A stretch of 64,000 bases of DNA from Candidatus Iainarchaeum sp. (GTDB taxonomy: Archaea; B1Sed10-29; WALL01). Of this stretch, positions 1 to 9,500 are shown one piece after another; position 1 is the stretch's first letter, and every line of letters begins with the position of its first letter. The stretch lies in contig JAGMCR010000017.1 in NCBI GenBank assembly GCA_023129115.1, forward strand, positions 18,689 to 82,688. Reading direction: 5' to 3'. The position numbers and the translations under genes are program-made. The notes beneath the pieces were generated by a model. That model was given only the letters and a program-made list of their open reading frames with translations. It was not told where the DNA came from and did no database searches.

Positions 1-1117
1 CAGCTATCCGCGCACCGACAACACTGTTTTCCCCGAGTCAATCAAACTAAAGCAAATCGTCGAATCCTTTCGTGGAAGTGAGTTCGACAAGGAGGCGAAG
101 CTCGTCCTCTCCCAGAAAAAGCTCGTGCCGACGAAGGGAAAGAAGCAGACCACGGACCACCCCCCAATCCACCCGGTCGCGCCCGCGTCAAGCAAAGTCC
201 TGCCGGCTGACCAGTGGAAGGTCTATGAATTAATCGTGCGGCGATTTTTCGCGACCCTGCTGCCGAAGTGCGAGCTGGACACGGTCCGCGCGGTCATCGA
301 CTTGGCGGGCGAGGACTTCATCGCGAACGGCCAGACAATCCACGTCCCGGGGTGGAAAGAGGTCTACACTTATTCCAAGACCAAGGAGGTCGAGCTGCCG
401 CACCTAGAGAAGGGCGACTCTGTCGAGGTCAAGGACTTGTCTTTGCTCGCGAAGGAGACGCAGCCGCCCAAGCTCTACACCCCGGCAGCCCTCATAAAAG
501 AGCTCGAGGACAAGAACCTGGGCACGAAGTCGACTCGCCCGGCCATAATCAAGAAGCTGCTGGACCGGCACTATATCCGCGGCACGAAGAACTACGAGCC
601 GACCGAGATGGCGTTCGCGGTAATCAGCGTGCTCGAGAAGGTAGCCCCTGACATCACGAGCCCCAAGATGACCTCGGAGCTCGAGAAAGAGATGCAGCAG
701 ATTGGCGGCGGCAAGAAGGAAAAGCCGGTCGTCGTCGACGAATCGCGCAAGATGCTCGGCGTAATCCTTGACGAGCTCACCCGCGGCCACGGCGAGATAA
801 GCAAGTCGCTCCGCGGCGCAGTCTCCGAGGCGAACACCATCGCCAAGTGCGAGTGTGGGGGGGACCTGCGCATCATCACTTCCCGGGCGTCCGGCAAGCG
901 CTTCGTTGGATGTTCACGGTATAATGAAGGCTGCCGCGTCTCGTACCCCTTGCCGCAGAAGGGCAAGGTAATCCCGCTGGGCACCACGTGCGAGTCGTGC
1001 GGCTCCCCGAAAGTCAAGATAATCCACGGCAGGCGCAGCTACGAAATATGCCTCGACATGAACTGCGAGACCAAGAAGGACTGGGGCAAGAGGAAGAAGA
1101 AGCCTAAGGCTTCCTGA
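1..1117 (+). CDS. DNA topoisomerase IA (TopA/topo III type), 3' part; the 5' end lies outside the window
   Basis: The reading frame is open from nt 2. It carries the active-site motif SYPRTD (the Tyr-containing IA motif), then GHPPIHP, and C-terminal Cys4 zinc-ribbon repeats (CECGGD...CSRYNEGC; CESCGSP...CLDMNC). Confidence 0.8.
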   Translation, partial: SYPRTDNTVFPESIKLKQIVESFRGSEFDKEAKLVLSQKKLVPTKGKKQTTDHPPIHPVAPASSKVLPADQWKVYELIVRRFFATLLPKCELDTVRAVIDLAGEDFIANGQTIHVPGWKEVYTYSKTKEVELPHLEKGDSVEVKDLSLLAKETQPPKLYTPAALIKELEDKNLGTKSTRPAIIKKLLDRHYIRGTKNYEPTEMAFAVISVLEKVAPDITSPKMTSELEKEMQQIGGGKKEKPVVVDESRKMLGVILDELTRGHGEISKSLRGAVSEANTIAKCECGGDLRIITSRASGKRFVGCSRYNEGCRVSYPLPQKGKVIPLGTTCESCGSPKVKIIHGRRSYEICLDMNCETKKDWGKRKKKPKAS

Positions 1118-1919
1118 ATTTTGGCTCTTTTATTTTCCTGTACACGAATTTCCCCGGGCCTTTTTCTTCCATTCTCTTGAGGCCAAAGCTCTTGACTTCC
1201 TTGTCGCTTCTGAACTGGTAGTCCGTAACCACAAACCCATTTTTGAGTGTTGCCCTCACCTGGTGGAACAAAAACGCCTGCTGGATTGGTGTGCGGGGCT
1301 TTCGGTCGAGGTTATTCAGTATCCTGAGGGCAAACGTGAGGTGTGCCCGCTTGCGTGGCAGGACTAGCAGGTGGTTCTGCATCATGACCCTGAACTTTCT
1401 TTGGATTGGGCGGACGTTTATCCTGTACTCGTCTCGATTAAATGCTTCATTGCGGACTTTTTTCCGCCTGTGCTTCAGGAATTCTTCGTGGTAGTTGGCG
1501 ACCTCTTTACTGAGCCCATAAAACTGCTTCACTAGCTCAGTCATGGCGAACGTCAATGTGGGGTAGTCTTTTTTGTAGAGGTCTTCGGTATACCAGTGTT
1601 GATTGATTATGTTTATTTCGTAGTCCCTCTTGTTTTTTTCGAGTTGGTTCACTATTTCGTATGGCTCTGAGCACGCCTCGGGCTTCCCGTACCAGTGGCC
1701 CAGGCTATTCGGCGCCCCCCCGGGGCCTGCCTTTGTGCCGGGGCCTATGTCGTGCACAATAACCTTTTTGGCGTTGATTTTCGGGATTATTTCTTTCCCG
1801 ATGAATTCCATGAGGGGCCAGTGCCTTGCGAACCACGTCCCGTCAGCCGTGCCCCTGTTCCGCTGGTCTTTGGCACTAGCCAACTTCAGGACTTTGTTGT
1901 ACCCCTCTTTCGTAAGCAC
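1104..1919 (-). CDS. hypothetical protein (GTG start)
   Basis: 271-aa ORF, convergent with the topoisomerase gene. Its own TATA-like motif lies about 25 nt upstream. No family recognised. Confidence 0.5.
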   Translation of the reverse strand: MLTKEGYNKVLKLASAKDQRNRGTADGTWFARHWPLMEFIGKEIIPKINAKKVIVHDIGPGTKAGPGGAPNSLGHWYGKPEACSEPYEIVNQLEKNKRDYEINIINQHWYTEDLYKKDYPTLTFAMTELVKQFYGLSKEVANYHEEFLKHRRKKVRNEAFNRDEYRINVRPIQRKFRVMMQNHLLVLPRKRAHLTFALRILNNLDRKPRTPIQQAFLFHQVRATLKNGFVVTDYQFRSDKEVKSFGLKRMEEKGPGKFVYRKIKEPKFRKP

Positions 1920-1934
1920 GGCTTAATTGATGGG

Positions 1935-1953
1935 CTTTTGGGCATATAAACCC
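1935..1953 (-). promoter_or_regulatory. BRE/TATA-like promoter motif cttttgggcatataaaccc (reads GGGTTTATATGCCCAAAAG on the minus strand) for the ORF 1104-1919
   Basis: Near-identical to the motif upstream of lrp at 2449-2469. The spacing to the GTG start fits a leaderless transcript. Confidence 0.4.
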
Positions 1954-1957
1954 TGAC

Positions 1958-2434
1958 CTAAACAACCTTTATCTTGTGTGTTTCTTTCAGTGTTTTGAAT
2001 CCAACCATTCCGAGCCCGCGGCCGTTTCCTTCGCCAAGGGCTCTCGCGACTTTTTTTATCACGTGCGTATACTCGTCTCGGTCCTTTACGCGAAATTTTA
2101 TCAGGTAGTCCCACTCGCCAGAGATGAAGAACACTTCAAGCACTTCGGGAATCGCAGCCAGTTTTTTTGGAATATCGTTAACAACATCCAGATCTTTTGT
2201 GAGTGGCACACGGCCAAGGGTAAACGCCACAAATCCCCTATTGGTTTTCTCTGGGTCAAGCGTTGCGCTAAACCCGGTAACATATCCCTCTCGCGTGAGC
2301 TTGTCAATCTTCGTCTTCACGGTCGACGTCGGCAGCTTGAGCTTGTGCGCCAGCATCGTGACCCTCGGGACGCACGCGTCGTCCCCCTGCAGCAGGTTCA
2401 AGAGCTTCTTGTCCTCTGCTTTAAGCCCCTTCAT
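1958..2434 (-). CDS. lrp: Lrp/AsnC family transcriptional regulator
   Basis: 158 aa with an N-terminal HTH (LLNLLQGDDACVPRVTMLAHKLKLPTSTV) and a C-terminal RAM domain. Confidence 0.85.
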   Translation of the reverse strand: MKGLKAEDKKLLNLLQGDDACVPRVTMLAHKLKLPTSTVKTKIDKLTREGYVTGFSATLDPEKTNRGFVAFTLGRVPLTKDLDVVNDIPKKLAAIPEVLEVFFISGEWDYLIKFRVKDRDEYTHVIKKVARALGEGNGRGLGMVGFKTLKETHKIKVV

Positions 2435-2448
2435 AACGTATGATATGC

Positions 2449-2469
2449 GGTTTTTGGCATATAAACCCG
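2449..2469 (-). promoter_or_regulatory. lrp promoter (TATA TTTATATGCC on the minus strand), second copy of the motif at 1935-1953
   Basis: The motif gcggtttttggcatataaacccg lies 15-35 nt upstream of the lrp ATG, consistent with a leaderless transcript. Confidence 0.45.
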
Positions 2470-2679
2470 TATGTTTTGCGCATATAGTTCGGAAATCTTC
2501 TTTTAAACCCCTTGCAATAACTATTCAGGATGCGGGGTGTCATACTTGGCTGCAGAAAGTTCAGGTACACAGATACCCACAAGTCCACTTGGCCGAAGGG
2601 GATTTTCCCAACTGCGTTCGGCAGCGGCGAGTTCCGTGACGCCATAGTGGTCTTGTCCTGCATCGAAAAAGGGGACAAG

Positions 2680-2973
2680 ATGGAGTACGTCGAGTCGGCG
2701 GTGCAGAGGGTGGTGGAGCTGAACAACGCGTTCCACCGCAAGAAGAAAGTTGTAGTCCTGCCCTTCGCGCACTTGTCGAACAGGCTGGAGCACCCGCGCA
2801 AGGCCCTCCCGCTGCTGGTGCGCTTTCAGGAGCGCCTGCAGGAAGAAGGGTTTTCGGTTGGCTCGGCAACATTCGGCACGGACAAGGAGGCTTTGTTCGA
2901 CGTCCTCGGCCACCGCGCGAGCGTGTCGTACTTCGAGTTCCCCTATGATGGAAAGCCAGAGCTAAAGGAATAA
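2680..2973 (+). CDS. small hypothetical protein (97 aa, from the internal Met of ORF 2530-2973)
   Basis: The ORF track entry is 2530-2973. The upstream 50 codons look non-coding (Cys/Arg/Thr-rich). No family recognised. Confidence 0.35.
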   Translation: MEYVESAVQRVVELNNAFHRKKKVVVLPFAHLSNRLEHPRKALPLLVRFQERLQEEGFSVGSATFGTDKEALFDVLGHRASVSYFEFPYDGKPELKE

Positions 2974-3028
2974 AAATAATAGAAACAAAAACTAATGAAT
3001 ACAAAGTGAGGGGAAGAAAGGTGAGTGA

Positions 3029-3427
3029 ATGAAGATTCCTGAAGAAGCAAAAAAACTTTTTGATGGCCAGGACATCGTGGCATTCGGCACTGCCGACGCG
3101 AATGGCGTGCCCAACGTGTGCGCAGTGTTCTGGAAGAAAGTAACTGGCGACGACACTATTCTGATACTGGACAATTTTTTCAAGCAGACGAAACAAAACC
3201 TCGCAGAGAACAACAAGGTTTGCATCTCTTTCTGGAACAGTTCCACAGAAGAGGGGTACAAGCTCAAGGGCACTGCGACCTACTACACAGAAGGCCCGGT
3301 GTTCGAGCAAGGAAAGGCATGGATGCAGTCCAAAAAGCCCGACCGCACTCCACGCGGCGTTGTCGAAGTAAAGATAGACCAAGTCTTTTCCATCACGCCG
3401 GGCGAGCACGCTGGAGAGCTGTTATAA
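3029..3427 (+). CDS. pyridoxamine 5'-phosphate oxidase-like FMN-binding split-barrel protein
   Basis: 132 aa; the N-terminal 'DIVAFGTADANGVPNVCAVFWK...ILILDNFF' region matches the PNPOx-like family pattern. Confidence 0.65.
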   Translation: MKIPEEAKKLFDGQDIVAFGTADANGVPNVCAVFWKKVTGDDTILILDNFFKQTKQNLAENNKVCISFWNSSTEEGYKLKGTATYYTEGPVFEQGKAWMQSKKPDRTPRGVVEVKIDQVFSITPGEHAGELL

Positions 3428-3459
3428 CTTTTTATACTGCCCCGCAAATAACACGGTGG

Positions 3460-4188
3460 ATGGAAATCGAGCTGGACTTGAAGAAGTCCCTGCACGAGAA
3501 CGCGGGCGACTACTACGACCGCGCCAAGAAAATGAAGAAAAAGGCCGTGGGCGCCCGCGAGGCGCTCGAGCGCAGCAAGAAAGAGCTCGAGTCCACACGC
3601 GAAGTCGAGAAGCCCACGCAACTCGAAAAGAAAAGAAAGCGCGGCTGGTTCGAAAAATACCACTGGCTCACGACAACGAACGGCTTCCTCGCAGTGGCCG
3701 GTCGTGACGCCAAGAGCAACGAGGCCCTCGTCAAGCGCCAGATGAAGAAAAACGACTTGTTCTTCCACGCCGACATACAAGGAGCCGCAGCCACAATACT
3801 CATCGACGGCCAGGAAGCAGACAAGCAGGACCGCGATGACGCGGCCCGCCTCGCCGCAGTCTTTTCCAAGGCCTGGACCGCAGGCGTCGGGGCAATTGAC
3901 GTCTACTCGGTAAGGCCCGAGCAGGTCAAGACCGCGGCCAAGCCAGGCGAGTTCCTCGGCAAGGGCTCGTTCGTGATGGAGGGAAAGCGCGAGTGGTTCA
4001 AAAAAACCCCGCTCGAAATCTTTGCCTTCCTCGACGGCGACGTCCCTTCCTTGTCCACCAAAGAAGGAATCAAAATCACTCCGGGCAAGACCAAGAAAAG
4101 CGACCTGGCGAAGAAGCTCAGGGCCAAGTTCGGTGGAGCGCTGGACGACTGGATGCTCGCCCTCCCCAGCGGGGGTGACCTAAAGTGA
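3460..4188 (+). CDS. NFACT-R / DUF814 domain protein (Rqc2/FbpA C-terminal-like RNA-binding domain)
   Basis: Internal Met of ORF 3118-4188. The motif GFLAVAGRDAKSNEALVKRQMKKNDLFFHADIQGAAATILI is typical of DUF814. Confidence 0.6.
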   Translation: MEIELDLKKSLHENAGDYYDRAKKMKKKAVGAREALERSKKELESTREVEKPTQLEKKRKRGWFEKYHWLTTTNGFLAVAGRDAKSNEALVKRQMKKNDLFFHADIQGAAATILIDGQEADKQDRDDAARLAAVFSKAWTAGVGAIDVYSVRPEQVKTAAKPGEFLGKGSFVMEGKREWFKKTPLEIFAFLDGDVPSLSTKEGIKITPGKTKKSDLAKKLRAKFGGALDDWMLALPSGGDLK

Positions 4189-4367
4189 AGTCGGTCTCCC
4201 AGCTCGCGCACGAGCCCGGGTTCGCACTCGCCCTGGCCGCAGCATTCATACTCGCTGGCTGGAACCTCGCCTATGGCTCGTGGTGGATAGGCGCCATATT
4301 CCTCGTACTCATTATGGGCTCGATAGGCCTTAACGTCTGGAAAACCAGAAAACTTAAAAAGGGCTGA
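4185..4367 (+). CDS. small membrane protein (60 aa)
   Basis: ATGA start-stop overlap with the upstream gene; two predicted TM helices. Confidence 0.4.
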   Translation: MKSVSQLAHEPGFALALAAAFILAGWNLAYGSWWIGAIFLVLIMGSIGLNVWKTRKLKKG

Positions 4368-4382
4368 ATGAGTTAGCCCCGT

Positions 4383-4946
4383 GTGGTAATGGATGTCACT
4401 ACCTCAGTGCCGCTGTTGAACGCCCTGCTATCGGCATCCCTAACAATATTCTTCTTCCACAGGTCGCGGCTCAGGGACTACCGCAAGCTCATGCTCGTCG
4501 GCCTGTTCGCCTTCACCACCATAGCGTCAGTGCTCAGCATCTTCTTCGCGGCCCCGTTCGCAGTCATGTACCCCGTTGTCGGGCTGCTCATGATTTCGCT
4601 CTCGTTCGCCGAGTGGTTCGAGGACAGGTGGCTTAAGCCAATCTGCCTCTCATACCTCGCGCTCGGCGCTCTCTCGCTTGTCGCAGCGTCCTTTCTCGGC
4701 TTCACAATCTACGAACAGCTCGGCGACCTGCGCGGATTCATCGCCCTCGTCCTATCCCTCATAACCATCGGGATGTTCGGCAGGACCTACTTCCGGACCT
4801 GGAACCTAAAGATGCTAGTCTTCCTGGTCTCGGTCCTCTTCTTCATGGGCGCAGCGCTCATGGGCGTCGCGGGATTCGACTTTTTGGCGGAATACGCGAG
4901 GATGGCGGCCTACGCCATGTTCGCCGTGCCCTTCATTCTAAAGTAA
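4383..4946 (+). CDS. hypothetical multi-pass membrane protein
   Basis: 187 aa, hydrophobic throughout, followed by a hairpin and a T8 tract. Confidence 0.5.
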   Translation: MVMDVTTSVPLLNALLSASLTIFFFHRSRLRDYRKLMLVGLFAFTTIASVLSIFFAAPFAVMYPVVGLLMISLSFAEWFEDRWLKPICLSYLALGALSLVAASFLGFTIYEQLGDLRGFIALVLSLITIGMFGRTYFRTWNLKMLVFLVSVLFFMGAALMGVAGFDFLAEYARMAAYAMFAVPFILK

Positions 4947-5297
4947 AAAAAAGGTTGGAGCATTGCCCCAGAAACGAGTAGGGGCGTTGCTCCGGTAGGG
5001 CTCTCTATGCTAGGTGGGAGAGGTGTGTTAGTGTAGCGTGCAGTTCCCGGGCAATCCGCCGGTTGCCGCGGGTTCTTTCGAGCGTCGCCAGCAATGCATC
5101 TGCATAATAAGTTGCTTCATTTTTGGACAAGCTCTTTACCTGGTTCCCAAGCAATACCTTCACGCCATCACCGGCAATAGCTTCGCCGTTTTCATTTATA
5201 TACCCCAAGGCATTGCCGCCTTGCCGAGAAAAAGCGCCGTGAGCCGGAAAAGCGCTCCACAAGCGCGTTTCGCTCGGAAACGGCGTCTTGCCGAGAA

Positions 5298-5945
5298 TCA
5301 GATTACTCCTTTCCCCACAATCTTGAAGCTGACCCGCTGCCCGTCCTTCATGAAGGGGTGCTTCACCAGCCGCGCGTGCCTGTCCGAAGAGTGGGACAGC
5401 TCGACAATGGCCTTCGAGCCGTACCGCAGCGTGTCCCCGCCGGTGGGCTCAACCCGCCCAGTGTCCGGGTTCGTATAAACCTGGTTCGTCACCAGCACGG
5501 GAATATTCTTCTTCCTCGCGATGTCCAGCAGCGCCGCCGTCTGGAGCCCAAGCTCCTTATTCGCCTTGTGAGGCTCGTCGCGGTCGAGCTCGAGCCGGAA
5601 ATGGTAAATAATGCTGTCCACGACCACGAGCGCCAGGCCGTCAATCCCCCACGCCACGTCAATCGCCTCGGCCTGCTCGCTCATGCTCGCCGGCTCCCGC
5701 AAGACAATTGACTTGAGCGCTTCCTTGCTCGGCTGCATCTGCTCCAGCCTCTTCAGGTTGAACGAGCCCTCGGGGTCGACGAACAAAACTTTCCCGCCCA
5801 TCCTCGTCGCGTTAATCGAGGCCTGCAGCGCCAAGTTGCTCTTTCCCGAGCCAGCCGGCCCATAGACCTGCGTAATCAGCCTCGACGGCAGGCCGCCGCC
5901 AAGCAAGTCGTCTATTGGGCAGTTGAGGGGAATGTTTTCAATCAT
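5298..5945 (-). CDS. radB: RadB recombinase paralog (RecA/KaiC fold)
   Basis: Walker A GPAGSGKSN and Walker B LVVVDS. Start chosen at MIENIP (5945), which abuts the stop of the upstream gene at 5942. Confidence 0.8.
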   Translation of the reverse strand: MIENIPLNCPIDDLLGGGLPSRLITQVYGPAGSGKSNLALQASINATRMGGKVLFVDPEGSFNLKRLEQMQPSKEALKSIVLREPASMSEQAEAIDVAWGIDGLALVVVDSIIYHFRLELDRDEPHKANKELGLQTAALLDIARKKNIPVLVTNQVYTNPDTGRVEPTGGDTLRYGSKAIVELSHSSDRHARLVKHPFMKDGQRVSFKIVGKGVI

Positions 5946-6511
5946 CTCATGTGCTCCTTGTTGGCAGCCTGGATTTTTTTCCTGCACGCCGGGCAGAATA
6001 TGCCGGGCGGCTTGTTCTTTATCGCGCTTTTCTTTTCCTCGTCAGTGTGGCCCTTCGCCATTACACAAGGATTTTTGCAGTGCTTGCCCATCACGGCTTC
6101 GCCGAACTCGTGCTGAACCACGTATTCTATCGCTTCGTGTATGTCGGCCACGTTCTTACTCCCCATGGCGTTCCTAATCGCCTTGACCGAGCAAATCATT
6201 GTATTGCCGCGCGAGTGCCCCCACACGTTCTCCACGCCTTTGCCGGTAATCTTCTTGTTCGTCAAGTGCACGCGCAGGTGGAACTTGCTGTCCAGAACGT
6301 CCGCCAACGCCTCCGCGTCGACAAACTTTTTCTCGGCGTCAAAAAACTTTTTCTCGTCTTCATCAAACTTCTTGGCACTTCCCCTGACCAACAGAGGAAG
6401 CAATTCCATGTCGAGCCCGGTATGCTCCTTAATCTCTTCAAGTGCCTTTATGGCATGCACAACCTCTTCTTCTTTGACCCCAGCCGAGCGCGTTACGTAA
6501 ATCGGTATCAT
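5942..6511 (-). CDS. amzA: archaemetzincin-like zinc metalloprotease
   Basis: Carries [19 protein letters not shown]...CPAC, which matches the HExxHxxGxxHC...CxM...CxxC signature. The second His is replaced by Glu. Confidence 0.55.
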   Translation of the reverse strand: MIPIYVTRSAGVKEEEVVHAIKALEEIKEHTGLDMELLPLLVRGSAKKFDEDEKKFFDAEKKFVDAEALADVLDSKFHLRVHLTNKKITGKGVENVWGHSRGNTMICSVKAIRNAMGSKNVADIHEAIEYVVQHEFGEAVMGKHCKNPCVMAKGHTDEEKKSAIKNKPPGIFCPACRKKIQAANKEHMR

Positions 6512-6572
6512 AGCCCTCTCTCTCGCTCAGCTATTTATACCCCCTCCAACTAATATACCCACTACCCCTGAG

Positions 6573-9500
6573 GTGTTTTCTGTGAAAGAGACCAAGCTTA
6601 AAGTCCAAGAGGCAATGCAAAACGACGTGGGCAGGGGCATAGTCCGCATAGACAGCGAGACCCGCGACGCCCTCGGCCTCACGTCCGGCGACATAGTCAA
6701 GGTCAACGGCAAAACAGAGACCGCCGGCGTTGTCTGGCAGTGCTACCCACAGGACGAGGGCCTCAAAATCATCCGCATGGACGGCCTCATCCGCCAGAAC
6801 GCAGGCGTCGGCATCGGCGACTACGTCACCATCGAAAAAACAGACCCCAAGCCCGCCTCGAAAATCACGCTCGCCCCCACACAGCCCGTCCGCTTCTCGC
6901 CGGGCTTTGAGTCATACGTCCAGAAGCGCCTAATCGGCCGGCCACTGGCAAAAGGCGACCGCGTGCTCGTCGGCGTGTTCGGCACAAGCCTCGTGATGGT
7001 CGCCACAAAGACCACGCCCAAGGGATTCGTACAAATCACGCAGGAGACACAAATCGAGCTCAAGACAGAGCCGATCAAGGAAGTCATCGGCGTCCCCCAG
7101 GTGACGTACGAGGACATTGGCGGGCTCAAGGACGAGGTCCACAAGGTCCGCGAAATGATTGAAATCCCGCTCAAGCACCCAGAATTATTCGAGCGCCTCG
7201 GCATCGAGCCGCCGAAAGGAGTCCTCCTCCACGGGCCGCCCGGGACAGGCAAAACCCTTTTGGCCAAGGCAGTCGCCAACGAGAGCGACGCCAACTTCAT
7301 CTCCATCCAGGGCCCGGAAATAGTTTCCAAGTTCGTGGGCGAGGCAGAGGAGCGCCTCCGCCAAATCTTCAAGCAGGCCGAGGAAAACGCGCCAACAATA
7401 ATCTTCATCGACGAAATCGACGCCATCGCGCCCAAGCGCGGCGAGGTCCACGGCGAGGTAGAGAAGCGCATTGTGGCACAGCTGCTCGCGTCCATGGACG
7501 GCCTGCAGGCAAGGGGCAACGTCGTCGTAATCGCGGCGACGAACCGTGTCAACGCAATCGACGAAGCGCTCCGCAGGCCGGGCCGGTTCGACCGCGAAAT
7601 CGAATTGGGGGTCCCGGACCGCAAGGGCCGCAAGGAAATCCTCCAAATCCACACGCGCAACATGCCGCTTGATGGTGTGGACTTGGACAGGATGGCCGAC
7701 ATCACCCACGGCTATGTCGGCGCCGACGTGCAGTCGCTCGCCAAGGAAGCGGCCATGAAGACACTGCGCCGCCTCATCCCAAAGATGAACCTGGAGGGCG
7801 AGGACGGCATCCCGGCCGAGGTCCTCGAGAACCTAAGGGTAACGAAGGACGACTTCATGAACGCGTTCAGGGAAGTCCAGCCCAGCGCCTTGCGCGAAGT
7901 ATTGGTCGAGGTCCCGAACGTGAGGTGGGGCGACGTCGGAGGGCTCGACACGGTCAAGAAGCAGCTCAGGGAAGCCATTGAGTGGCCCATAAAAGACCCC
8001 AAGATGTTCACGCGCCTCGGAATTCGGCCCCCGAAGGGCCTTTTCCTGTTCGGCCCGCCCGGCAGCGGCAAGACGCTGCTCGCAAAGGCTGTCGCGACAG
8101 AAAGCGAGAGCAACTTCATTGTCGTGAAAGGCCCAGAGCTCTTGTCGAAGTGGGTTGGCGAGTCACTGCCATTCGACGAAGAAGTGCTTGTCATCAGGGA
8201 TGGCTTGCTTGAGAGGGAAGAAATAGGGAAACTTGTTGAATCCAGTGGGGGGGATGGGGTGATGGCGCCCACTGTCACGGATTCTCTCAAGGCAAAGAAC
8301 TCAAAAATTATTGATTTTATCCGCCATCCTGCTCCGCCGTACGTGGACGTACTCGTCACGGAAACAGGCAGGAAAGTGCGGGTCACGGGTGGGCACAGCG
8401 TTTTTGTTAAAGGTGGAAACGGTCTTGAAGAAGTTGTCGCAGAGGAAGTAAAACCAGGCGAAACAAGAATAGCAGTGCCAATGAAGTTAAAGCCAGTTGG
8501 CTCTGTTGTTGAAATCAATTTGTTGGACAGGTTGCAGAAAACCAAGTACGCGCTGTTCGTCAAGAATGGCCAAAAGCTTGTGAAGAAGGCAATTGAAAAG
8601 GTTGGGGCTGCAGAGGCAGCGAGGATCCTGGGCAAAGAGCGAAAGAATATTCATGCGTATGCAAAGAGAGCGGCGCTTCCAGTGGACTCTTTCGTAATGC
8701 TTATGGACCACGCCGCAATTAAATACAATCCGCGAGACCTGGTTATAAGCTCTCGCTATCGGAAGCATGAATTGCCAGCTGTCTTAAAGATGGACAAGGA
8801 TTTTGGCACGTTCCTTGGCCTGTGGGTTGCAGAAGGGTCTTACTTGTCCTACGGCGTCCGCATAAGCACTTCAGACTCCGAACTCCCTGTTGTTAAGCGG
8901 CTTTGCAAGAAGCTCTTCAAGAATCTCACTATTTATGAAAAACCAGACTCTAGGGGCAGAGACGTGATAATATCCTCGCTCCCCCTCAAGGCGGTTCTGG
9001 AAGAGGTGTTGAAGCTGAGGGGAGGGGCAAAAAACAAGCGCATGCCCACTGAAGTGCTTTCCGCACCTCTCCCCGCAGTGAGTGGTTTCCTCCGCGGTTA
9101 CTTCGGGGGGGATGGGTATTTCAGTGGGAAGTACGTGGAGGCGAGCACAGTCAGCCAAGACCTTGCAAACGATGTCATGATTGCACTCCAGTACTTTGGC
9201 ATAGTCGCCAGGTGCCGCGAGAAAAAAGAGTGGACAGGCAGCACGAGTTACAGGGTCCGGTTCCTTTGGACAGGTTTCCTGAAGAAATTCGCTGAAGAAA
9301 TTGGGTTCTTGTATGGCTCAAAGAACAAGCTATTGAATGCTTACCTCAAAAACATTAAACTAAAAAGAGTATTGCAGGCACCCAGCCAGCACATGGACGG
9401 CGACGTTTACTGGGACCTCGTGGTTGAGAAGACTCGTGAGCTTTACGAGCACCCATATGTATATGACATTGGGGTTAACCCAACACACCGTTTCATCGCA

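Noticed and set aside
2561-3409. 282-aa minus-strand ORF
   Set aside because: Antisense to the PNPOx-like gene and the small + strand gene. Its Arg/Cys/Pro-rich composition is typical of GC-rich antisense frames.
3118-3459. N-terminal 114 codons of track ORF 3118-4188
   Set aside because: They overlap the PNPOx-like gene in another frame. The real DUF814 gene starts at the internal Met (3460), directly after the PNPOx stop.
6821-8635. Minus-strand ORFs 6821-7705, 7185-7709 and 7712-8635
   Set aside because: All are antisense to cdc48, whose domain architecture is unambiguous, and have Ser/Thr/Arg-rich low-complexity translations.
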